From positions 62,001-126,000 of the IMG/VR virus record IMGVR_UViG_3300042515_001753: a DNA stretch of 64,000 bases; one strand, 5' to 3'. The position numbers were made by a program, and so were the translations under genes. Each line of letters starts with the position of its first letter. Within the stretch, counting starts at the first letter, position 1. The notes beneath the pieces were generated by a model that worked only from the letters and a program-made list of their open reading frames with translations, ran no database searches and had not been told where the DNA came from. Shown here piece by piece: positions 1-7,675 of the stretch.

Positions 1-1454
1 TCAAGTTCTTTTGATTTTTTCTTCTCATACTGTTTTTTTGCCTCAATCATCTTCTCCTTATATACAACACGATCATTATACATTTTCTCCATTAGTTCTG
101 GAAGAAAACCACGAATGTCCTTACGGTACATAGCACCATTAGGGCAAACTGCATAATCCTTATACATATCAAAAGTAAGTTCCTGATTGAGAATTTTATC
201 CACGGTTACACTAGGATGCCTTTCTTCAACAAGTGTTTCGGGACTTACATTAAATTGCATAATCAAATGTGGATAAAGACTGTTTAAGTCAAAATTAACC
301 ACCCAATCATACTTTCCAGGAATTGGTTCTTTTACATAAGCTCCAGCATACTTGGAATCTTTATCAGTTTTTTCTTTCGGAGGAATTACAATATTCCTCT
401 GCTTAAGATAATTATAGATAATCGTATCCCACATTCTTACCTGAGAAAACACATCCTCATAGTTTACCTTACCATCATATGCCATAGTCAAGGCAAGTTC
501 AATCAGTTTCATCTTGTCTTCCAAACGGTCAACAAGTTCTACGTCAACGATGTTGTATTCTACAAACTTCTGCCAACCTTTAGTATAGAAGTCCTTAAAA
601 GTATCAAACTCAGAGTGATCCAGTTTTTTCTGATTGAGTTCTACGCTGGCAATATGATCTAGACGATAAGATTCCTGCGCTTTATAAGTGAATTTCTTAT
701 AAAGTTTAATGTAATCTAATTGACTAATACCACCAATATCATAGGAAATGTGCTTTCTTCCAGATATGTAAACTTCATCCTCAGTCACAAGACCCCAGGG
801 TGACATACGCTTCATCAATTTCTCACCCAAAACTCTATCCAGGCGACGAACGAGATAGGGAATATCATAAAGTTCACTGTTCCAACCAGTAATAACCTCT
901 GGAGTATTATCCTCAATCATCCACCAGTGAATAAAATCATTTAATAGACTATACTCATCAGAGAATCCTCGGTAAGAAACATTTGATTGATTATTATCAA
1001 ACTTACCCAATCCCCAAGTACGAATTTGTTTCGTATTATAGTCTTGAAGTGTAATGAGTAGTACTTCTTCTGCCGCATTTTCCACATCAGGAAATCCATT
1101 TTCGGATGCAACCTCAATGTCAATTGTGGTAAGTTTAATTTTACTAATATCAAACTTAATTTCATTTTCCGGATATTTGTCCGAAATATATTGATAGATG
1201 TACTTGTCGTTTCCGTAAATTTTAAAGTTTTGTACATCAGTATACTTCTTAATAAACTCTCTACAATCCCTTACAGAACCAGGTTGAATAGGTTCTACAT
1301 ATTCTCCCTGAAGTGTCGTATATTTGGTTGTTTTTTTAGACGGAACAAAAAGAGTAGGAGAGAACTTCTCACGGGTCATAAAATGTCTACCATTTTCATA
1401 ACCACGAACCAAGAAGTGGTCCCCAACCATTTGCACGTTTGTATAAAAATTCAT
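1..1454 (-). CDS. gp43: DNA polymerase, family B (T4 gp43-like); 5' part only, runs off the window
   Basis: Manual translation from ATG at 1454 (MNFYTNVQMVGDHFLVRGYENG...) is open to base 1. It contains ExoI TIDIEV, ExoII ITGWN...YDIPY and polymerase motif A FDLNSLYPHLI. Absent from the ORF track because it is truncated. Confidence 0.97.
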   Translation of the reverse strand, partial: MNFYTNVQMVGDHFLVRGYENGRHFMTREKFSPTLFVPSKKTTKYTTLQGEYVEPIQPGSVRDCREFIKKYTDVQNFKIYGNDKYIYQYISDKYPENEIKFDISKIKLTTIDIEVASENGFPDVENAAEEVLLITLQDYNTKQIRTWGLGKFDNNQSNVSYRGFSDEYSLLNDFIHWWMIEDNTPEVITGWNSELYDIPYLVRRLDRVLGEKLMKRMSPWGLVTEDEVYISGRKHISYDIGGISQLDYIKLYKKFTYKAQESYRLDHIASVELNQKKLDHSEFDTFKDFYTKGWQKFVEYNIVDVELVDRLEDKMKLIELALTMAYDGKVNYEDVFSQVRMWDTIIYNYLKQRNIVIPPKEKTDKDSKYAGAYVKEPIPGKYDWVVNFDLNSLYPHLIMQFNVSPETLVEERHPSVTVDKILNQELTFDMYKDYAVCPNGAMYRKDIRGFLPELMEKMYNDRVVYKEKMIEAKKQYEKKKSKEL

Positions 1455-1708
1455 CAGGCAGTTAATTCAAGATACTTGTTAACGATTTCGGGAGTTGGTT
1501 CTGCGATTGTGAGAATACTATCAGAATGAATCATTAATTCGGTCTGATTAGTAACCTCGGGCCAGGGTTTCATATCATCCACACTAAAAAATTCATATGG
1601 ATTAATTAACTTACAATCAGGTTCACCAAGTTCGGATCCAATCTCAACAATTTCGGTAATTAAGATAGTATCAACCTTCAAGAGAAGACACTTCACATTC
1701 CTTTCCAT
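1454..1708 (-). CDS. conserved cyanophage hypothetical protein (possible Sm-like fold)
   Basis: 84 aa ORF; its stop overlaps the gp43 ATG (ATGA); usual position between hsp20 and gp43. Confidence 0.75.
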   Translation of the reverse strand: MERNVKCLLLKVDTILITEIVEIGSELGEPDCKLINPYEFFSVDDMKPWPEVTNQTELMIHSDSILTIAEPTPEIVNKYLELTA

Positions 1709-2006
1709 TTACTTTTTCCTCATACATTTGTTTGATAGCCTCTACTGGTTCAACAATTGTCACAACCCAATCTAGACGAACTGGAATCTCATTATCACTT
1801 GTAAAGAGAATCCAGGAAGAAAATGTTACACTAACTGTACCATCTTCTGGTTCTATTGGTTCTTCTGTTAAGAAGATTGAATTGCTGATCTTCATTTTAT
1901 GCGGATTCGTGAACAAATATCCACATACTTTATCTTCAGAAATCAACTCCTTAATATCGGCAATTACTGATTCTCCAGATTTTAATAGAGCAATTTTTAC
2001 AGACAT
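1671..2006 (-). CDS. conserved cyanophage hypothetical protein (possible Sm-like fold)
   Basis: Likely start MSVKIALLKSGE at 2006, after a GAGG SD and downstream of the 2028-2055 promoter; resembles the adjacent ORF. Confidence 0.75.
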   Translation of the reverse strand: MSVKIALLKSGESVIADIKELISEDKVCGYLFTNPHKMKISNSIFLTEEPIEPEDGTVSVTFSSWILFTSDNEIPVRLDWVVTIVEPVEAIKQMYEEKVNGKECEVSSLEG

Positions 2007-2027
2007 TTTTAGTTTTCCTCTCAATTC

Positions 2028-2055
2028 ATTATAGCATAAAAAAGGGAGGTGTCAA
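2028..2055 (-). promoter_or_regulatory. sigma70-type promoter TTGACA-N16-TATAAT with extended -10 (TGn)
   Basis: Minus strand reads TTGACA CCTCCCTTTTTTATGC TATAAT. Confidence 0.8.
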
Positions 2056-2078
2056 CTGGTTTTTGCCAGTTACCTCCC
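2038..2078 (-). terminator. intrinsic terminator after hsp20
   Basis: GGGAGGT-AACTGG-CAAAAA-CCAGTT-GAC-ACCTCCC followed by T6. Confidence 0.75.
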
Positions 2079-2102
2079 TGCGGCAACGATATTCAATTAT
2101 AT

Positions 2103-2537
2103 TTATAGGTACTCTTTTCTGCTATGGTGTTCTGGAATAATCTTTCCTAGTCGAATGACAAGTAGTCCGTCTTCAAAGGTGACTTCTCGGACTTCGGTAT
2201 CGTCGGATAGTGTCCATGCTCTCTTGAAACTTCGTTGAGCCAGACCCTTGTGGACAAACGTCCTATCCGATTCTGTATCTGATTTTTGCCCCTCGACAAA
2301 AAGTTTTCCATACTCTGTGAAGACATTTACTTCCTCCTTTTTAAATCCTGCAAGTGCGATCTCTAAATGAGACTCTACATTATTTACCTGAATTAGATTG
2401 TAAGGTGGATAATTATTTGTAGTTTCGTGAAGATTAAATAGACGATCAAAATATTCGTCCATTCCAATACTATTGCGTGTAATCCTGTCCATCAAGGCAG
2501 GAAGATCCGCAGATGTGTATCTAGAAAGATTAGTCAT
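2103..2537 (-). CDS. hsp20: small heat shock protein (Hsp20/IbpA family)
   Basis: NYPPYNLIQ, EIALAGF, HKGLAQRSFKRAWTL and A/TFEDGLLVI alpha-crystallin motifs. Confidence 0.96.
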   Translation of the reverse strand: MTNLSRYTSADLPALMDRITRNSIGMDEYFDRLFNLHETTNNYPPYNLIQVNNVESHLEIALAGFKKEEVNVFTEYGKLFVEGQKSDTESDRTFVHKGLAQRSFKRAWTLSDDTEVREVTFEDGLLVIRLGKIIPEHHSRKEYL

Positions 2538-2590
2538 TATAGTATCTCCTTATAAAGCGAGGTTTGATTGTGTGGACCCCGAAGGCGTCC
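2538..2590 (-). promoter_or_regulatory. structured hsp20 5' UTR, ROSE-like RNA thermometer candidate
   Basis: GGAC[G]CC-UUCG-GGGUCC hairpin, then CUC[G]CUU-UAU-AAGGAG with a bulged G opposite the SD; -10 TATAAT at 2596-2601. Confidence 0.65.
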
Positions 2591-2615
2591 TTACTATTAT
2601 ATATCAGTTCATAAT

Positions 2616-2638
2616 AAAAAAGGGAGTGTTGAACTCCC
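2616..2638 (-). terminator. intrinsic terminator after regA
   Basis: GGGAGT-TCAAC-ACTCCC followed by T6. Confidence 0.8.
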
Positions 2639-2645
2639 TACTGTA

Positions 2646-3086
2646 TTATTCGGTTTCTTCAACCTTTTTCCTTTTAGATCCAATATTATACTTGGTTTCC
2701 AGAATCCAATCTGCCTTTTCTTTATGAGGAAGAACTTTGATTTGATTTAATGGAGCAATATCCTGAACCTTACTCACATCAACTACTTCAACCAATCCCC
2801 AATCAGCAATTAACTGAACGATACGATTACGACGCTGAATATCATTTACAGTTAAGTTTGCGTGTTTGCCATCCAGAGCAAAAAGTTCCTTAAAGTGTGT
2901 AATAAAGTAACGACCTTGCTTATGAAGAATGTGACAACTCTGATAAAGTTTCTTCTCTTTTCTTGAGGCAACTCCAATACGAGTCAAAGTTTCACGAACT
3001 TTTAAGAAATCATCTGGTTCATTCAGAATGACTTCTATCATCATATCAGGCGACCATTGTATAATCGGTTCTTGAACGACACTCAT
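2646..3086 (-). CDS. regA: translational repressor RegA
   Basis: DDFLKVRETLTRIGVASRKEKKLYQSCHILHKQGRYFITHFKELFALDG. Confidence 0.97.
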   Translation of the reverse strand: MSVVQEPIIQWSPDMMIEVILNEPDDFLKVRETLTRIGVASRKEKKLYQSCHILHKQGRYFITHFKELFALDGKHANLTVNDIQRRNRIVQLIADWGLVEVVDVSKVQDIAPLNQIKVLPHKEKADWILETKYNIGSKRKKVEETE

Positions 3087-3469
3087 TTTGTTCCTCCAGT
3101 TTCAAATTTCGATTTAATAAATGTTAGTTGTTCTTTTGTTAGAATCCTCAAAGCCTGCTGTGCCTTTTCATTACTATAACCATAATAACGTTTGACAATA
3201 TCAAGATCTTTGATTGTATCTTTACGAAGCCAAGGAGAATATCTCCTCTTAACTCTCAGAATATTTATAAGAAAGTCATATTGCATTTTTTTAGGAAGAA
3301 AATGATACTGATTCAATTCATTCACAAACATAATACAATCAATTTCTCCGGAAAGACACCGATTGATAATATATGGCGCATACCCCTTCTCAGTTGAAGG
3401 GTCTTCATCAATCAGGTTCTTCTTTGTTTGATTGATCGAGTTCAACCAGTCCTTTAGTTCAGGCATCAA
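3083..3469 (-). CDS. gp62: clamp loader small subunit
   Basis: LKDWLNSIN...YAPYIINRCLS...QYDFLIN..VKRYYGYSNEKAQQAL; synteny with regA. Confidence 0.92.
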   Translation of the reverse strand: MMPELKDWLNSINQTKKNLIDEDPSTEKGYAPYIINRCLSGEIDCIMFVNELNQYHFLPKKMQYDFLINILRVKRRYSPWLRKDTIKDLDIVKRYYGYSNEKAQQALRILTKEQLTFIKSKFETGGTK

Positions 3470-4361
3470 CCAATCCCTCCTTCTTCAATCTATCATAATT
3501 ATAACACCCATCAAAACTAAATTGTATCTTAGGACCTTTAGTATAATTGAACAACAAAAGTTCCTTTCGTTGTTTTTGGTCTCTCATATACTCACCAACC
3601 GAACGCATAGTATAAGTTAAATCAAACTCTGTGGCATTCCAGTTCTTGAATCTATCCTTTATAAGTTGGTCTGAATTATAACTCACCAATTGGTCCATAT
3701 CATTAGCATCGCAATCAGCAGCAAACTTATCGTGATCAAATCCTTTGTGCATTGATCCTTTGCGCCCATAGAGATTATCCTTAATATCATAAGGAGGGTC
3801 AAGATACATAAACGCACCTTTGTTTCCATCCATCAAATAATCATATGAATAATTAGTTATACGCCATTTCTCAATCAGTTTACAGTATTCTGGCAGTTTT
3901 TCAATTCCACGAAGACTGAAGTTGGCATTGGATGCTTGAGGAGAGAAAGAAGAACTTTCTGTGAGACCACTGAAAGAACACTTATTAATAATATAAAAAT
4001 CAACCGCACGATCAAGATTTGAACGTCCTTCTTCGTGTAATTTATCCTTACAATAAAGAAATAGATCCCTTGCTAATTCTGGGTTATTGTTTGCTAATTT
4101 TATTCCTTTAAGATTATCTTTCAGATCTGTTCCAAACATCTGAAGTTGCTGCCAGAAGTTTACCAGAGGTTCATAAAGGTCATTCACCCAAATATCCAAG
4201 AGTGGATACTTCTTTGTGATGTGAATTGCAACACTCCCACCGCCAATAAATGGTTCCCGAAACTCATCATAATTTCGTAGGTCTGGAAAGAAAGGGTCCA
4301 TCTTGACACAAGCACGGGACTTGCCGCCAGGGTATCTTAAAGGGGTCTTAAGAGACTTCAT
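3459..4361 (-). CDS. dam: DNA adenine methyltransferase (D12/Dam class)
   Basis: Likely start MKSLKTPLRYPGGKS; EPFIGGGSV (SAM binding) and YLDPPY (catalytic motif IV). Confidence 0.92.
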   Translation of the reverse strand: MKSLKTPLRYPGGKSRACVKMDPFFPDLRNYDEFREPFIGGGSVAIHITKKYPLLDIWVNDLYEPLVNFWQQLQMFGTDLKDNLKGIKLANNNPELARDLFLYCKDKLHEEGRSNLDRAVDFYIINKCSFSGLTESSSFSPQASNANFSLRGIEKLPEYCKLIEKWRITNYSYDYLMDGNKGAFMYLDPPYDIKDNLYGRKGSMHKGFDHDKFAADCDANDMDQLVSYNSDQLIKDRFKNWNATEFDLTYTMRSVGEYMRDQKQRKELLLFNYTKGPKIQFSFDGCYNYDRLKKEGLVDA

Positions 4362-4503
4362 AAGTTTTAGGATGAAAATTACAATACTCATTAAATACAA
4401 TCTTACACTCCTTATGAGTAAGATTACAATGCTCTGCTGCCTTTGGAAGATTCCACTTAGCAGTAAAAAGCATTTCCATCGCTTCTCTTGTTTCAGGTCT
4501 CAT
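4348..4503 (-). CDS. small hypothetical protein (51 aa), possible helix-turn-helix
   Basis: Not in the ORF track. MRPETREAMEMLFTAKWNLPKAAEHCNLTHKECKIVFNEYCNFHPKTYEVS; fills the gp44-dam gap exactly, with an ATGA overlap. Confidence 0.7.
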   Translation of the reverse strand: MRPETREAMEMLFTAKWNLPKAAEHCNLTHKECKIVFNEYCNFHPKTYEVS

Positions 4504-5444
4504 AGGAACTCACATTCACACATAATTTCAGTTAGACAGGCAAGTAGATTTATCTCTTGGTCGGCAACAAATGCTGATTGATATTGATACTTTGCCACAA
4601 CCAATACTGCGGCAGCAATAGAAGGTCCATCAAGAACATCATACAAGGAGTCATAGATACGACGCAAAATTATATTGATGTCATTATCCAAATTGGAAAC
4701 AACCCACTTACGAACCTCGGCAAAGTTCTTTTCTTTCAGATACCTGTTTAGTTCATTTACGGAGATGTCCGAAAAAGATGCCAAAATACCCGAATCAATT
4801 TCACCACTAACAGAATATCTTTGACATTCGTTAGTGACCCTTCTGAAGTCTGGAAAGTGCTTGTTTATCAGTTCTGCAAGGACCTTCGGATCATATCTGA
4901 CGCCCTCCCTATCCAAGATGTTTTGTAGACGCTTGAAGAAGGATCCTGCCAACTTGGTCTTTTCTTTTCCTTTGATTGTGAAGTCAATGACGGCACATCT
5001 GGAATGGAGGGGTTCGATGATTTTGTTCTTGTAGTTGCAGGTAAAGATGAATCGGCAATTACCAGCAAATTCCTCAATAAACGCCCGTAAGAGGAGTTGA
5101 ACATCGTTGCTCGTGTTATCTGCCTCATCAATAATGATGACTTTGTGTTTAGCATCTGACGAAAGTGAGACGGTCGAAGCGAAGTTTTTCGCATTGTTTC
5201 GGACAGTATCAAGGAATCTACCCTCGTCGGATCCGTTGATGACATAACAATCTACTCCTAATTCATTACATAATGCCTTTGCCACGGTGGTTTTTCCTAC
5301 ACCAGCAGGACCACACAGAAGCAAGTTAGGCAGTTCGCCACTATTTAGAAAGTCTTGAAAGGTCTTTTTAGTTTGTTCAGGAAGAATACAATCTTCAATT
5401 GTTTTTGGGCGGTGTCGTTCGCACCATAAGAAATCATTTGTCAT
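4500..5444 (-). CDS. gp44: clamp loader large subunit (AAA+)
   Basis: LWCERHRPKTIEDCILP, GPAGVGKTT, IIIDEAD, IIEPLHSRC. Confidence 0.97.
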   Translation of the reverse strand: MTNDFLWCERHRPKTIEDCILPEQTKKTFQDFLNSGELPNLLLCGPAGVGKTTVAKALCNELGVDCYVINGSDEGRFLDTVRNNAKNFASTVSLSSDAKHKVIIIDEADNTSNDVQLLLRAFIEEFAGNCRFIFTCNYKNKIIEPLHSRCAVIDFTIKGKEKTKLAGSFFKRLQNILDREGVRYDPKVLAELINKHFPDFRRVTNECQRYSVSGEIDSGILASFSDISVNELNRYLKEKNFAEVRKWVVSNLDNDINIILRRIYDSLYDVLDGPSIAAAVLVVAKYQYQSAFVADQEINLLACLTEIMCECEFL

Positions 5445-5589
5445 AATTTATATAAAAAGAATCTTTTTCAAGAAAATGTATTTTATCGTGAATTGCGTGT
5501 AACGCATTCTGTTTTATTTCCCAGTGGTCTTCATCGTCATCAACGAGAATATTTACTATTGTTGCCACCTCTACTCTAATTGCTTTCAT
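5434..5589 (-). CDS. small acidic hypothetical protein (51 aa)
   Basis: Not in the ORF track. MKAIRVEVATIVNILVDDDEDHWEIKQNALHAIHDKIHFLEKDSFYINYDK; overlaps both neighbours. Confidence 0.6.
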   Translation of the reverse strand: MKAIRVEVATIVNILVDDDEDHWEIKQNALHAIHDKIHFLEKDSFYINYDK

Positions 5590-6095
5590 ACCCATTCTGG
5601 ACGCCTTTGTGGCATACGGAGATAATTATTGCTAACCCAAGGCTTGGATGCAATATACATCTTGTAAGCAGTAAAAGTGTCAATGCTTGTGTCAAATTTA
5701 TATTCATCGGGCATAGCACGAACAAATGGAGTTACATTAGTCAATTTACCCTTTGGAAATAAGTAATAAGCATCCAGAAGAGTATTGTAGCACGAATGAG
5801 TCTTTCCGTAACGAACAGAATACTCATCACAGAGATTCATACCCCACTTGATTAACCAGTAAGCATTATCAATTGATTCTGCTGCCCACCGAGTACAGGG
5901 GTGATTGCGGAAAGCACCTTTTTCAGTTGTATATGGAGTTCCATCTTTTTTAGGAAGAGTTCCATAATTATGATACCACTTGGATGCCACAATAGAAAGC
6001 ATTTGACACGCCTCTAAGGGCATCTTCGTTATATGTTTGTCAGGGAGACAAATTGCGGACTCTGCCGGAAATTCAGAAGTAACAAAAATATTCAT
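5586..6095 (-). CDS. pyrimidine-dimer DNA glycosylase / endonuclease V (DenV)-related family protein
   Basis: MNIFVT...DKHITKMPLEACQMLS, HPCTRWA, EYSVRYGKTH, F.RAMPDEYK: typical of this phage family. Confidence 0.65.
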   Translation of the reverse strand: MNIFVTSEFPAESAICLPDKHITKMPLEACQMLSIVASKWYHNYGTLPKKDGTPYTTEKGAFRNHPCTRWAAESIDNAYWLIKWGMNLCDEYSVRYGKTHSCYNTLLDAYYLFPKGKLTNVTPFVRAMPDEYKFDTSIDTFTAYKMYIASKPWVSNNYLRMPQRRPEWV

Positions 6096-6499
6096 CAGAA
6101 ACAATATTTCTTAAGTTGATGAAGAACTTCCTCTGGTTTATCTTCTAGATAATATGCCTCTGTTTCGTAAATGGCATATGAACCAGTTGCCTTTACTGAC
6201 CTCATAACATCATTTAGTTTATACTGGTTCAGAGAAGCAGATATTCCCAACTTACCACCCTTACACGCCTGTGCTACATGAACTGCTTCGTGATATACAG
6301 TTTCATTTACATAATGCTTTACTGGACTAATTGTGTTTTTGATATTATCTAAACAAATTATAAAGTCTGGGGACTTTAGAAGTCCAAATAACTGCTTGTC
6401 TCTACAGACTGGAGCATTTTCTCTAACATTATAATTCTTTAGCATAATTTTGCTAATTATTTCCTGACCAGCAGGAGTCAAATAGAGTAGAAATTCCAT
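6095..6499 (-). CDS. small zincin-like metallopeptidase (HEXXH)
   Basis: Likely start MEFLLYLT; TVYHEAVHVAQAC followed by E.EAY third-ligand motif. Confidence 0.65.
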   Translation of the reverse strand: MEFLLYLTPAGQEIISKIMLKNYNVRENAPVCRDKQLFGLLKSPDFIICLDNIKNTISPVKHYVNETVYHEAVHVAQACKGGKLGISASLNQYKLNDVMRSVKATGSYAIYETEAYYLEDKPEEVLHQLKKYCF

Positions 6500-6515
6500 A
6501 ATAAAGAAGAAAGAA

Positions 6516-7205
6516 TCAATTAAAAGTGCTGTCTGGTTCCAGAGCAATCCAGTAAGAAAGATTGTGCTTCGTGTTGGTAAATTGTGACAGAAGTTTCCTT
6601 GACACAACTACATTATAAGCACCAGAAACAATCTTACTGATGTTCTCAACCTTGAAGTTGAAAGTAAATTGTTCGTCAGTTTCACCCACAACGATGGAGT
6701 ATTCGTTAGAAGTATCATTCTTCTTGTCACGAACTACCAGACGAATCACACCAGCATCACCGATTGCCGAAATATCGGGCAACTGATAAACTCCTGCTGC
6801 TTTCACCAGTTTCTCCAGAGCACCAGTTTCAAGTTGGAAGCACACATCCTCAGAAGGAAGTTTGATTTCTTTTTCTGGGGGAGAAATGATTACGTTAGGG
6901 TCGGCATAGAAGTACTTGACCCTACGCTTACCTTCACGAATGGTAATATAAGAATTCTCAGTAAAATCAAGGTCTGGGTCCTGATGAAGACTCAAACCAT
7001 TCAGGAACTGATTCAGGTCATAAACCGCAAATTCACGGGGGAACTCTTCGGTAATTTCTGCCTCTGCCAGAATGTTCTTGGCAATAGAAATTGTACGAAG
7101 TTTATTACCCTGCTTGACGAGAATAGACTGATTGATGCCAGCAAAGTTCTTGAGAAGAGTCAGGGTATTGTCAGAGAGTTTCATAGTGTTTTCTTTCAGT
7201 TTCAT
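6516..7205 (-). CDS. gp45: DNA polymerase sliding clamp
   Basis: MKLSDNTLTLLKNFAGINQSILVKQGNKLRTIS...LSYWIALEPDS; alternative start at 7184. Confidence 0.96.
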   Translation of the reverse strand: MKLKENTMKLSDNTLTLLKNFAGINQSILVKQGNKLRTISIAKNILAEAEITEEFPREFAVYDLNQFLNGLSLHQDPDLDFTENSYITIREGKRRVKYFYADPNVIISPPEKEIKLPSEDVCFQLETGALEKLVKAAGVYQLPDISAIGDAGVIRLVVRDKKNDTSNEYSIVVGETDEQFTFNFKVENISKIVSGAYNVVVSRKLLSQFTNTKHNLSYWIALEPDSTFN

Positions 7206-7210
7206 AATAA

Positions 7211-7654
7211 TCAGCGATTGAATTCAGTAAGTCCATTATCTTTACGAGTATAATGCCCATCAAAGTGGAGAAGTAGCATAGCATAGTGAATGACTTTCAT
7301 CAAGTCACGCTTATTGCGACCATCCTTGTCTCCATAACGAGAACCATATTTGAGGATGTTTGCCTGACAGAAACCTGCTGCTAGCTTCTTTGCTGCCATC
7401 AGGTCAATAGTCTGAATATCGGCATAACCATCACTATCACCACAATAATGCCCGTGATAGGTAGTGGTCACATAATCCTCAACATCTTTAAGGATTTTAT
7501 CTTCGTTGTATTTCCAAAGATGATTTGTTTTATCAGTCATAGTAACAGGAGTTTTTGTAACATTAAGTATGCCAGTCTCACCATTCATAGTGAGATTGAA
7601 TTTATTGATAAGATTTTGTTCGTCTTCAGGTCCAAACATAAGGGGAGAAGTCAT
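7211..7654 (-). CDS. DUF3310-like protein (T7 gp1.7 nucleotide kinase-related)
   Basis: HY...IQTIDL...GFCQANILKYGSRYGDKDG.NKRDLMKVIHY fits the DUF3310 pattern HY..IECID..GF..GNAIKY..R.GKK...EDL.KA..Y. Confidence 0.6.
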   Translation of the reverse strand: MTSPLMFGPEDEQNLINKFNLTMNGETGILNVTKTPVTMTDKTNHLWKYNEDKILKDVEDYVTTTYHGHYCGDSDGYADIQTIDLMAAKKLAAGFCQANILKYGSRYGDKDGRNKRDLMKVIHYAMLLLHFDGHYTRKDNGLTEFNR

Positions 7655-7675
7655 AATTAACCTCCCCCAATTATA

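Noticed and set aside
941-1237. 98-aa minus-strand ORF in the track
   Set aside because: It is an alternative frame inside gp43; the real polymerase frame is open throughout.
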